Assembly (NCBI GenBank): GCA_051530055.1
Contig: CM121342.1
Coordinates: 3,134,797 to 3,198,796, forward strand
Direction: 5' to 3'
Source: Neoechinorhynchus agilis
Taxonomy: Eukaryota; Animalia; Acanthocephala
Length of the DNA: 64,000 nucleotides
Shown here one piece after another: positions 1 to 11,449 of this stretch (position 1 is its first letter; the number at the start of each line of letters is the position of its first letter). The translations under genes were made by a program, and so were the position numbers. The notes beneath the pieces were generated by a model, which saw only the letters and a program-made list of their open reading frames with translations, searched no databases and was not told the DNA's origin.

Positions 1-188
1 TCTTCGCACCATGGATTAAATTAAGATGTCTTTTATGAACATCAACCTTCGAACCAAATGTTAAGGTTGACAAAGGCAAAAAACAGTAAATGCTGGTGAA
101 ATCAGCTTTAAAATTACATCTAGAAAAGTTAATTTGATCTGATCCCCATTTTTTTAAAGCTATTCGTTTTATTTGAGTTATTTATTTG

Positions 189-224
189 ATAATTTTCGGT
201 CTTCGCGTAGCCTTCTTTAGTCTA
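189..224 (-). ncRNA. Hammerhead-ribozyme-like core, degenerate copy (CTAAAGA-A-GGC..GACC-GAAA-ATTA)
   Basis: Minus strand reads tagaCTAAAGAaggctacgcgaagaccGAAAattatc. It is the inverted partner of 421-460, with G5 of the CUGANGA box mutated. Confidence 0.3.
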
Positions 225-420
225 TTGTTTCGCAAGTTTGTCAATAAATAAATCAATTATTATAATTCGGTACTCAGATTCTTGCGCGGAGTGATGTAAG
301 GCGCGACAGGGTGACGATCGAGTCCATGATGGTACAAAAACGGATATTTTTGTGGGCAACAAATCGGATTGCACACTCAATCTGAGGATACCACCGGATA
401 AACGAATCGGGTGCATTTTA

Positions 421-460
421 GATAGACTGAAGAAAGCCTACGCGAAGGCCGAAAATTATC
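421..460 (+). ncRNA. Minimal type I hammerhead-ribozyme-like motif (Penelope pLTR type)
   Basis: CTGAAGA (427-433), extra A, stem II GCC/GGC, GAAA (451-454), then palindromic AATT giving a possible UUA site. Helix I is only 2-3 bp. Confidence 0.4.
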
Positions 461-651
461 AAATAAATGAATTATCATAATTCGCTATAAAAAGTCAAAT
501 GAAAGAAGAATTGAAAACAACGCAAGAGTTTTTGCCACCGCGCGGCAGGCTTTGGACATCTACATAGCACGGCGGAGCGTACTGATTCTTCCGGGGAAAT
601 TACGTCACGATACGATTAATTGTTAGTTATATTTTGTTTGGTTATTGAGAA

Positions 652-790
652 CGAGGCAATGCTGCCAGCGTGATGGCGACGGTCGAGGAAGGACAAAAGC
701 TGGAATTTGGCGGGGGGCTGTGAGTGTGCTTCAAACGTTGCCAAAGGCGCGTAACGATTGAACGATTAAACATATAAAATGCATTTTCTT
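652..790 (+). mobile_element. Short 3' fragment of CRE-clade non-LTR retrotransposon
   Basis: Encodes RGNAASVMATVEEGQKLEFGG, matching the 3' ends at 21147 and 57386. Flanked by TTGAGAA at 645-651 and 791-797 (candidate TSD). Confidence 0.75.
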
Positions 791-854
791 TTGAGAAAAT
801 AGAGATTAATTTCAATTTCAATTAGCGATATTCACTAAGAAATAGATTTATATT

Positions 855-893
855 GAAAATTTTCGGTCTTTTCGTTGGCCTTCTTCAGTCAGA
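855..893 (-). ncRNA. Hammerhead-like core, third copy
   Basis: Minus strand reads tgaCTGAAGAaggccaacgaaaagaccGAAAattttc; both conserved boxes are intact. Confidence 0.35.
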
Positions 894-960
894 TTGTTTA
901 TCGCTAATTGAAATTGAAACAATTATAATCAATTTCTTTACAAGAGGTTAATTTGTTATT

Positions 961-2255
961 CCGACGAGACGCACCAAAAATATCATGAAAGGGAATAAGA
1001 ATCAATAAATTAATCTCTATTTTCTCAACAACCAAACAGAATAGAAAAACTCTGGTAATCGCATATCACCCAAAAGATAAGAGTCATTTTCGAAATCAGT
1101 TTGAATTCGATACTTCAAGAAAGGGAATTCCAGTGACCAAATTCGTGTGATTAAAAAAATATAGAAAAACTTTGTCATAAAGAAGTTGTTTTCATGAATT
1201 TATTTTGTTTTGCTATTAAGAAATAGAGATTAATTCCCTGTTTCCCTTTCTCACACAATATTTTTGGTCCGTATCATCGGAAATCTTTATCTTTCAAGCA
1301 ACCTGAAGAATTCCGACGAGACGCACCAAAAATATCATGAAAGGGAATAAGAATCAATAAATTAATCTCTATTTTCTCAATAACCAAACAGAATAGAAAA
1401 ACTATGGTAATCGTATATCGCACAAAAGATAAGAGTCATTTTCGAAATCAGTTCATAGTCGATACTTCAAGAAAGGGAATTCCAGTGACCAAATTCGTAT
1501 GATTAAAAAAATATAGAAAAACTTTGTCATAAAAAGTTGTTTTCATGATTTATTTTGTTTGGCTATTAAGAAATAGAGATTAATTCCCTGTTTCCCTTTC
1601 TCACACAATATTTTTGGTCCGTATCATCGGAAATCTTTATCTTTCAAGCAACCTGAAGAATTCCGACGAGACGCACCAAAAATATCATGAAAGGGAATAA
1701 GAATCAATAAATTAATCTCTATTTTCTCAACAACCAAACAGAATAGAAAAACTATGGTAATCGTATATCGCACAAAAGATAAGAGTCATTTTCGAAATCA
1801 GTTCATAGTCGATACTTCAAGAAAGGGAATTCCAGTGACCAAATTCGTATGATTAAAATAATATAGAAAAACTTTGTCATAAAAAAGTTGTTTTCATGGA
1901 TTTATTTTGTTTGGCTATTAAGAAATAGAGATTAATTCCCTGTTTCCCTTTCTCACACAATATTTTTGGTCCGTATCATCGGAAATCTTTATCTTTCAAG
2001 CAACCTGAAGAATTCCGACGAGACGCACCAAAAATATCATGAAAGGGAATAAGAATCAATAAATTAATCTCTGTTTTCTCAATAACCAAATAAAATAGAA
2101 AAACTCTGGTAATCGTATATCGCACAAAAGATAAGAGTCATTTTCGAAATCAGTTCATAGTCGATACTTCAAGAAAGGGAATTCCAGTGACCAAATTCGT
2201 GTGATTAAAAAAATATAGAAAAACTTTGTCATAAAGAAGTTGTTTTCATGGATTT
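961..2255. repeat. Tandem repeat, ~352-bp unit, ~3.7 copies, with internal ~85-bp imperfect inverted repeat
   Basis: Units start CCGACGAGACGCACC at 961, 1313, 1663 and 2015. Unit start (ccgacgagacgcaccaaaaatat...) is complementary to unit end (...atatttttggtccgtatcatcgg). A partial unit resumes at 2745-2840. Confidence 0.95.
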
Positions 2256-2744
2256 TTTGACAATAAATTTAATGTCATATATCATTGTCCTCGGGATGAA
2301 TTTGATTGTATGTTGGCGAATCCTGTCCCCGGTGTTGACTGAAGAGGCAAGGGGGAAACCTTGCGAAATATTTCTCAAATAAATTAATGAGCAACGACAA
2401 CACCGAGTACAGGATTCGCCAACGTACAATAAATTTAATTTATTATTTTTTTAAATGTACAAGTTTTGGAAGATAATTTTCTGTGGAGCCGCGGGTTTTC
2501 TCACGCTGGCAGCATTGCCTCGTTGTACTGCGAAGGAGATGTTTTGTTTAAGGAATGCTGTCGCACGTTGGTCCCTTTTCATCACCATCGATCTCTTTGC
2601 TATATCTGAAACCAGAAGTGCGGATTCTCCGAGTGCCCCGAACATTTCAATCTCGAAAGGCACAAAATGGAAGCGCCGCTCCTCGACGCGCCGCTGCGGT
2701 CGCTAGTGCCGGGGCCCTTACTGGCTATAAAGGCTTCTTACTTC
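2256..2744 (-). mobile_element. 5'-truncated CRE-clade retrotransposon copy with A-tail and 20-bp TSD
   Basis: Minus strand encodes FVPFEIEMFGALGESA...QNISFAVQRGNAASV. GAAGTTGTTTTCATGGATTT is duplicated at 2236-2255 and 2745-2764. Confidence 0.85.
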
Positions 2745-3036
2745 GAAGTTGTTTTCATGGATTTATTTTGTTTGGCTATTGAGAAAATGGAAATTAATTT
2801 ATAGATACCCTTTCATAATATTTTTGGTCCGCACCGTCGGACTTCTTCAGGTCTAAAAAGGTAGGTCCTACCCTTACCTTTTAGACCTGAAGAAGTAGGT
2901 CGAAATATTCTGTCCATTAAAGCTACGAGCACAACTAAAATTTGAGTGAATTCAATGGCGAGAATAATTTTTATTCGAAGACAAATAAAAAAGTATTCTA
3001 TTCATTTATTATTCAAAAACCACTTAATTTTCAGAG

Positions 3037-5276
3037 ATGCCATTGCCTGCAAACGTGCTTAGTCAAATTCTTAAAAAAAGTGTTTCCGTAAAACCACAAA
3101 GAAAAACCTGGAATCCTCGAAACCCTCAACCTCTTCTGCCACGACGGACTACCAATCGCCAAGAACGAGTTTGTCGTTTTTATCGATTTCAAATCAATAT
3201 CTTTCGATTTAAGGACATTCGTTTTGTTGATCGATGCAGAGTGCGCGTGAGGGCAGGCAAAGGAGGCAATGGAATTTGCTGCTTTAGTGGCATTGCGTTT
3301 AAAGAATATGCTGGGCCGGATGGAGGAAATGGGGGCAATGGAGGAGACGTTATTTTTAAAGGTACTTTAGTTGTGCAAAGTTTCTAAGAAATTCTCATTT
3401 TTTAGCCAGTAAGAAAATGGCTACACTTGAACAAATCGAAGCGGAGTATAAAGCTCATAATGGAAATTTGGGACAGTCTTTTTGTAAAACTGGAAAACGG
3501 GGGGCTGATAAAATAATCACGGTATATTCTATTCAAATTTCTTAAGAATCAAAACGCTAATAAACAATGCGATTACGTTAGAATTTCCGCATTTGCCAAA
3601 GTCGCGATTTTTTCGTTTCATCGCTAGCGAAACTATATATTTCTTTTTTGCAGGTACCTACAAACATTCGAATTCGATTGGTGACTGATGGTAACGAAAC
3701 GGATAAGCAATGCAAAGTTACAGACCTCATTACCGACAAACAAAAGTTCATTGCTGCATTTGGCGGCATTGGCGGACGTGGAAATTTCGCATTTCTGACG
3801 AACACTGACCGTGCGCCAGAAGTTTGGGAGCCCGGATTACCCGGCGAAGATAAAGTATACGACGTGGAGATGCTTAAATTAGCTAACTTTGCCTTGGTTT
3901 GCAGTTGATTGATGTGAACTTTTGAACTTTGGTTTTATAGGTAGGAATGCCGAATACTGGAAAGTCATCATTTCTTCGAGCCGTTTCCAGAGCGAAACCC
4001 AGAATCGCTGAATATCCATTCACCACTTTGTTTCCACAGATTGGAGTTGTCGATTTTGAAGACAGTGTGCGAATATCGAGTAAGTGCCGCAGTTAGGAAG
4101 TATTTGTTTTTATTGTGAAAACGAACCAAACAAATCTTTGATAGAATAGAACATACAACGCTTGTCTATTTTTTTGGTTTGATATGTTAAAGATTCCAGC
4201 ATGGGTAGTAGTTCTCGAGGATTGCAATGTCTTCCCCACTTAATTGAAAGCCTTTTCCCAGAATTCCGCGTTTACTATATTTTAAACATTAATAACCGCA
4301 GACGAAATTTTTTGTTGGTTAAATTGAACTATAAAGTCGTCGTTCATATTTCCCCTCAAATTCAAGTCGCAGAAATTCCTGGCCTAATTTGTGGCGCTTC
4401 GAATAATGTTGGGAATGGAATTGTTTGTCTATTGCAAGCATTGTCAGAATATGATGATTGCATGAAATCGTTTTGTTATTAACCACTAAGGAGTCCTTTT
4501 TAATTCCGCTATGATTTCGAATCGGATTTCCATTGATTTGGACTACTAATTTTTCGAAAATTTGCGATTTCTTATAAATGCCAAGACTTTTAGAAGGTCT
4601 TTAATATGAACAATTTGATTATTTTCAATGTTCACTTAAGCATTTGAGATGGTCTTTATGATTACATCGAACTCCGCTCAAACTGGACTTTCCAATTCGC
4701 TAGTGCCCAGAAATTTATTACCAACCGAACGACCCAAATCCAATTTTATTCGACTATTGCAAATTTTTGGTCAAGATCAAATTCGAGTTGCAAAATTGTT
4801 TACATGGAATTTCTAAAATTTTGTTTACGTTATTCGATAGTTGCTTGAGGGTTTGAAACGGATTCAATGATTAAATTTCCGTTAGAGTGTCTTCTTTCCT
4901 GACAATACTTGCACCAAAGCACGCCGATGCATGCACGTGCCTAGTGCTCATGTTGAATCTTGAAGACCAATTTCCTTACAATCAATTACAAGTAATTCGA
5001 GAGGAAATCAATCACTTTAATCCGGATATGCTGAACGGAAATAAACCAATAATAATCGTTGGAAACAAAATAGAATGTTATGGAGCCAAGGAACGATGGT
5101 CCGAGTTTAAAGAACATTTGACCGAATCGCCATGGGCTTCACAGCTACTAAATGTGGCCATATCGGTCAATGAGCGGATAAACATTACCAAACTATTGAT
5201 TACAATGCGTCGAGTGTTGAGTGAGTATGAACGAAAAGACCTAGAACGGTTAAAGGAAGATGGCTTTATTCTTTGA
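3037..5276 (+). CDS. MTG2: Mitochondrial Obg-family GTPase (MTG2/GTPBP5)
   Basis: [21 protein letters not shown] Obg fold, G1 [26 protein letters not shown]. Exons ~3037-3361, 3406-3521, 3654-3896, 3941-4079, 4367-4431, 4917-5276. Four introns are GT-AG; the fifth interruption (4432-4916) is TIR-bounded and non-canonical. Confidence 0.9.
4432..4916 (+). mobile_element. TIR-bounded insert (MITE-like / candidate non-canonical intron) in MTG2
   Basis: TGCAAGCATTGTCAG (4433-4447) and CTGACAATACTTGCA (4899-4913) are 14/15 complementary. Removal joins CTA|AAG. Confidence 0.75.
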
Positions 5277-5280
5277 AACT

Positions 5281-8188
5281 TCATTGCATTGATACATAGG
5301 ACGCCCTGTGGTGTTCCAATTTTAAGTCGCTGTCCCATTTTTGAGCTTTTCCAGATCCAAATAAGATGAAAACAATGCCGGCCAAGAACATGAAAACTGC
5401 CGATATAATGAACACAATCTTCCATCCGAAAACTTGGGATCCGTTGCCATCGCTGGTCAAAATATCTTTAACGTAAGTCGTAATAATGCCGGGAATCGTT
5501 GCAAGTGTATTCGATATTCCAAAGACGATTCCGGCGTGGACCGGGGCGATGTCATTGGCGTTACACATGTGACCAGCACCCCAAGTTATTCCGCTAAAAG
5601 CAAACGCTTATGCCGATGTTCATGAGAAATCGCCACCTTTTTAGTAGTAATTTCTTAATTAAAGTCGTAATTAGTTTGCCGTATTAAAAAAGGTGAATAA
5701 ACTGCCCAACGCAAGCTTTAATTTTAAAGGAATGCTCATGTTACTCACTTGCAGCTTTTGTTATTTTGTCACTTTTATGATATGTTTGTTTGTTGTTATT
5801 TTGCGGTCGCTTATGAACACCCGAGGGGAGGAGGGCGAACTTGCCAAACAATAGAATTGATAAAATGACTGATACAATCAGTCGATTTATTCGGCTTTAA
5901 CGTGATTCCAAATCTTGGGTGTTTATAAGCGACCGAAAAATAATAACACAAAATACAATTGGTGTCTCACGTAAAATCCTTTTGAAGAACATAGAGGAGC
6001 CAAATAACAATAAACTTGCGAAGCATTGATAAAATGACGGATGCAATCAGTCGATTTATTCGTCTTTAACGTGATTCCCCCTCTCGGGTGCTTATAAGCG
6101 ACAGCAAAAAATAACGTATTTCGCCACCCGACCAAATGCAATCCTCTATGTTTGTTTTCTGTCGGAAAATTGAAGGAATTTATTAAGTCCGATTATTTTC
6201 GGCGCACAATCTTGTGCTTTCTTTTTGTCAAGGTTGTAAATTAATCTAATCGACTGGGTCGAAAAATTCCTTCATTTGTTCCGCTAATTTAGAACTAAAA
6301 TGGCGTTAAATGGAATTCAAACGTAGTAGTAGAAATGAAAAAGTTTAGCCGTGAATTTTGAGCTTCGACGAAATGTTCGTAGAAAAATGAGAAAAGTTGT
6401 GATTAGTAAGAAAAGGTGCATTTTACTTCTTAAAAGAACAAAATCTGTTGGTACTTACAATAATCCTTGTCCCAAAGTGAGACATGTGACCGCAACATTT
6501 AATTGTTCATTGCCGAATGCGAGTCCGAGCAAGAATATTCCGGGTAAAAAAGTGCCAACGGCAACAGCAACTTTTCTAATCAGCGTTCGGCTTCGAATAA
6601 TATTTCGTTTCAGTAAATAGTCGGCAACGAAACTGGATACTGTGGTCGTAATCCAGATAACAATGTAAGGCAAAGATGACAGCAGTCCGTTCTAAATTGT
6701 AAATTGGATTTAATCCATGATGTAATTAGGCAAGTTAACGATCTTCGAATTTCGAGTACTTCTTTTGTAGGCTTCGGCAATGAAAAGTGAGCAGTCTAGA
6801 AACCAGCAATGAACGTCCAAGGAATCCCCAAAAGAAAAAAATGGAACCCTTGCTCGTTATTTTTGCATTTCTAAAGATTGAAACTTTAAATTTTCACGGG
6901 CGTATTTGAACGAAAGTTTTATACTTTAATACGACTTACTTCTCTTACTGGTGTATCAAACACATCATTAAAATAGGTCGGAACTTCTACCAGGAGAGTA
7001 TAGAATCCCCAGTTTGCAAACGTGTGACAAGCAAATAGAGCCAAGCATGGTTTAGAAGTGAATATTGATTTCCAAGGAGCGTTCTGCAAATATCAACTGT
7101 AGATTATTTGACTTTCTAAAAGACTTACTAGATGATGAGCAGCCGATTCACGGGTTTCTAAGTTTTGTTCTATTAGGTTAAGTTCTTTTTCCGAGATTAA
7201 TTTAGATTTCTTTGGACTATTTGAGAATAATAGCATCCACACAATCAACCATATCATTTCAAGTATAGCTAAATGATGATAACAATATCTTATTAAAGTC
7301 CAGGAAAGCTTACCAACGACATAAAATGCGGATTTCCATTTGACGCTCGTGAATCCATGTTCGCAAAGGACTCCGGTAAGTGGCAAGATCACGATTGGCG
7401 CGACGTGGGCACCTTAAAAGTTCTAAATTATTTTAATTCTCAAATAGGCGAACCTGATGTTGCTAAGGCTATAAGGAAGCTCCTTTCGGATCGAGGTGCC
7501 CAAGAAGTCCAGACATTTGAAGCTGCTGGAAGGATTACTCCCTAAAGGAATACGCCGCTTTAGTAAAACTCAATTGTAAGAAAGGAAAAGATGAATTGAT
7601 TCTTCAAAAAAGCGTAAGTAGTAGAATTAAACTTTTTAAAAGTTGTAGATTTAATCATAGAATATGATTGCGTGGAAAAGGTGACTTTTGTTGGCTAAAG
7701 TAGTATTTCAGAATATTAAAAATGGTCGGCTTAGAATACACACGTACCGATCCAACTCCAACGAGAACACGGAGAGTAAACATAAATCCATAGCTTTTTT
7801 CAGCAGCGATTCCATAATGCCATGAACAAAGTGAGCATAAACCGATTCCAAGCGCCATTGTGATTTTTGAACCGAGTTTTTGAGCCAGTAGACCTCCGGG
7901 GATTTCGGATAAGATATATCCATAGAAGAAGGCAGCGAGCAAATTTTGTTGCCGATTATTTGACCATTTAAGTAAATCATTAGGATGCGAACTGTTTAAT
8001 GTACTGTTCTCGGTCATACAGACAATGTTAACACTAAGATCGAGTTTGGCAGCATATTGACAGAATATACCGGCCATAACTAAGATCGCCATTAAGAATC
8101 GAACACTGCGAACCAGTTGGAATAATCCGGCTTTTTCGCTCGATTCGTTTGCATCCTCTAAACTTGCGTCGACACTTAGCTCACCCAT
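5281..8188 (-). CDS. SLC17 / sialin-like MFS anion transporter
   Basis: LAAFFYGYILSEIPGGLLAQKLG, WAPRSER, APWKSIFTS, NWGFYTLL, NGLLSSLPY, NANDIAPVHAGIVFGISNTLATIPGI. About 7 exons separated by GT-AG introns. Confidence 0.9.
5790..6120. repeat. Small inverted plus direct repeat element in an SLC17 intron
   Basis: gcggtcgcttatgaacacccgagggg (~5803) is inverted relative to gggtg(t/c)ttataagcgac at ~5917 and ~6085. Regions ~5865-5950 and ~6033-6115 are direct repeats. Confidence 0.6.
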
Positions 8189-8759
8189 GGAGATCAAACT
8201 GCTTTTTGCGAGTGTAAACCAAGAAAAATGTTTCGACTTTTATATCCTCGCTTGTCACTTTTCCCCGACGATTTTTTTTATTGAAAAAGCGAGACACCAC
8301 TCGGACAGTCATTTTGTCTACGCCCAACAAGGCGATGAGTGACATTCGTGTGAAAGACGCATTTACCCTCATCTATTTTTTTCACTTTTGATTGTTATCA
8401 TCTTAAACGTTGATGAAATGAACATCTTAGAAACTTAACACGCAATGTTTTTTCATTTCAAAACCGGCCGAATTCTTTGTTAAAAACGCTTCTAAAAACT
8501 TATTTAACTCTGTGCGGATTTCGAATGACTTAACCGGCGAAATTATCGCGATCCTTCGATTCATTTCTGCAATGATACGCCTTCTCCATCACTATCATCA
8601 TCCCTCGCCGCTCTGAATACGACCCATTGTGTTACGGGCTCCTCCCTCGGGATATAAATAACATCATTTTTATTTCTGGTATGCCGGAATCCTCCCGTTG
8701 CAGATCCTGTCATCGCTGATGCACACAACCGCCACCGAATTCTTCGCATTGTTCAACTC

Positions 8760-11440
8760 CTTTTCTCCGACTTGCCCTCCAAAAATCCCTTTAACCTGCG
8801 CCCACGTCTTCCCAAAATAATTTTCAACTCAACACTCATAGCCTCTCTTCCTTAACAGGAGATACAAACTCCTCAATTTTCTTTTCGTATATATCCACCT
8901 AAAAAACTCATCATCGAATCTTTCCACCGCCCCCCTCCAAACTCAACCCAGACCTCATCTTCCCAGTATAATAATTCGCTTTTAACAAACACCCTCGAAC
9001 ATCTCACACATCGTAAAAACTCAAAAAGGAAGCGACTCCCCACGCCCTAAAAAACCATTAAGGGCAATCACCCTGTCGTTCCACATTAAAAACGGCCTCC
9101 CTTCCGAAATATGTAAATAATTATCACTCAACTTCTACACAAAAATACCATAAATCGGCATATACAGTCGTGGTTGATCACACAAATTCTTAACTCAAAA
9201 CTCGTTCCTCACACTGCTAATCACATATCCCAACACAGATTTTGGAGTCTGAATCTTCGTACGTCAATAAATTTCCCTACTCTTCCTCATTCAAAAATTC
9301 AATGCAAAACTCCGATCTAAAATTCATGAGTCCATTTCTTAGCTCCTCTAAACTTCTCTGAGAAATGACCTTAGAGAATTCACAATTGCTGTTGTCTATC
9401 GCCTTCTTGCTTCTCGTCCCGAGTCCTCTTTGTGCCAACTTGATTCTATGATGCATCTCATAAACTCCACAAATTTACACCATTTCTTAAGTGCAGAGAA
9501 TTTCAATAAACTATTTCCTCGTCTACCCTTCTCTGAGTTGTGCCAACTTATTGACTTCCCAACTCGTCTTGGCGCTCACCTCGACAAAGTGTTCACAAAT
9601 TTCGCGGCCTACTAATCAGCTTCAAGCCTCACTCGCAAACTCTGACCACTTTTCTGGTCAACGTTTAAAATCACCTCACTTACCCGTCTTGTATAAACGG
9701 GATCCCGACGGTTTGGGTATCCGAAAAGCAGCCGGCATTTCAATGCCAGCTTATTTGGGATCGTATGAAGCAAGCCGCAAAATAGTTCAGCCCTTTCTTA
9801 ACGAGAATTACACTTTGGGTGAAGATTTCGTGGACGCTCGTAATCTTTAATGTGGAGATTCAGGCAGCGAGCAGGTACCCATCAATGATTGCAAACAATC
9901 AGTTTGGGATTAACCCTTGATAGCGAGAATTCATAACTCTTTAATTTTAGATACTCGATTGGTGGCAGTCTCTACTAGAGAATCGAGTGTTTGGCTCAAC
10001 GCTATCCCAATCGCCTCTGTTGGCCCCTGAGATTTGGATACCGGTGCGTACATCCCGTCGCTGCCGTTGTGGAGCGACCGTGGAACCATCGGAACGCCAT
10101 GGTTTCGTCTGTCAGCAATCAGGTGAGAGGTATTCTCGACACACCGAAGTGAACGCAATGCTCTTAGTCGTACCCTGAATAATTTGAATTCGCACATCCT
10201 AGAGCCGAGCAATCTTTGCCGACTCGATGGCCGCCGTAGATCGGACGGTGTCACAGTATTCCCGTGGCGAGTGGAGGCAAATGCCTTCTCTGAAACGCCG
10301 TTCGCAGCCAGCAATATAAAATTCGCCACTTAAACCAGGTGAAGCAGCAATCGCCTCTGAGGAACGCAAAAGGACAAAATACATTGACGTGAGTCGAAAT
10401 CATTATTTTGTTACCTTTGGCGATAAGACACTCGAGTCGCTTGGTACCGGGGCATAGGACCTGGTCAAGCAATTGTCTAAGAGGTCGAGACGAATCACTG
10501 GCGATCCGAGATCAGGAGCATTCCTCCTACAAAACATAAGTCTGGCAGTGCAATGGGAGGGAACGCTGCATCCGTCCTTTCGACCGTTACACCATGACGC
10601 TCGTTGAGTGATCCAGAGCAGTGGTGTGAATGATTTCTGCTCCGAGATTCCGAAGGCTTTGAAATATTATATCTCCTATTTTCGAACTCTATACTTATAT
10701 CCAATAGTTCAACTCTAATATTCGCACATTCCACTCGGGCAGCACAAATGACCCTTCCTTGGCCATGTCCTCCCTAACCTAAATCATAAAAAAATCCCTA
10801 ATTTCTTCAATTCCCGAGAAATTCGTTAGAATATCCAACCGTGACTGAAACTCCTTCAAAAGCAAACATCTAAGGCCCATCGCAATAACCACTCAGACTT
10901 TCCCCGTTTACAAATATCTCTAACTAACAAAATACTTGTTGCCCGCAAAAACTTTCTTTCCTCTAAAATTCGTTCGGGTGGTAACTCAACATGGTGGCGG
11001 GCCGTCACAGACTCTCTTGGTCCACGCAAACCTAATTCTTACCCAAATTTGTTTTCTTCTGAATTAAAACAGGTTCTAGACTCCATCAATCAGACCCTCT
11101 GCCATGACTCAAACTGCAACCATTGCATCATCTCAGACTCCACACAAAACTATAACTCCCAGAACTGACACTTCTATCAACTTTCCAATACTCTCTTTAA
11201 TATCTTTATATGAAGTCCTCCAACATCGCAAGAAATTACCTCGAAATTCGTTCCCTCAATCCGAATTCCCAAACTGGGCTCTTTGCCCTCGCACATTTCA
11301 CTCTCCCTCAAGCGCAATACCTATAAAATTTGCCTCCTCGAACGCCGCCATTTTGGAGTCCCTTCACCCGGTCTCTCCAAATTTTACTTTAGCTTTCTGC
11401 GTGTTTTATTCATTACTTCGAAATTCGTGCTTCAAATTCA
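8760..11440 (+). mobile_element. Degenerate CR1/L2-like LINE (APE endonuclease and linker), split by a CRE insertion
   Basis: QLIDFPTRLGAHLDKVFTNF...SDH (APE C-terminus) at 9540-9650. Pyrimidine-rich coding strand and linker motifs (WWRAV, FPNWAL) at 10640-11440; many stops. Confidence 0.65.
9690..10620 (+). mobile_element. Degenerate CRE-clade retrotransposon 3' half (RT thumb, CCHC, RLE)
   Basis: GLGIRKAAGISMPAYL, RCRCGATV..RHGFVC..RYSRHTEVN, RPDG-like region, QNISLAVQ. Confidence 0.85.
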
Positions 11441-11449
11441 TAACTTAGC

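Noticed and set aside
961-2255. Regular repeats as a CRISPR array
   Set aside because: Units are ~352 bp and near-identical with no unique spacers, the context is eukaryotic, and there are no cas genes.
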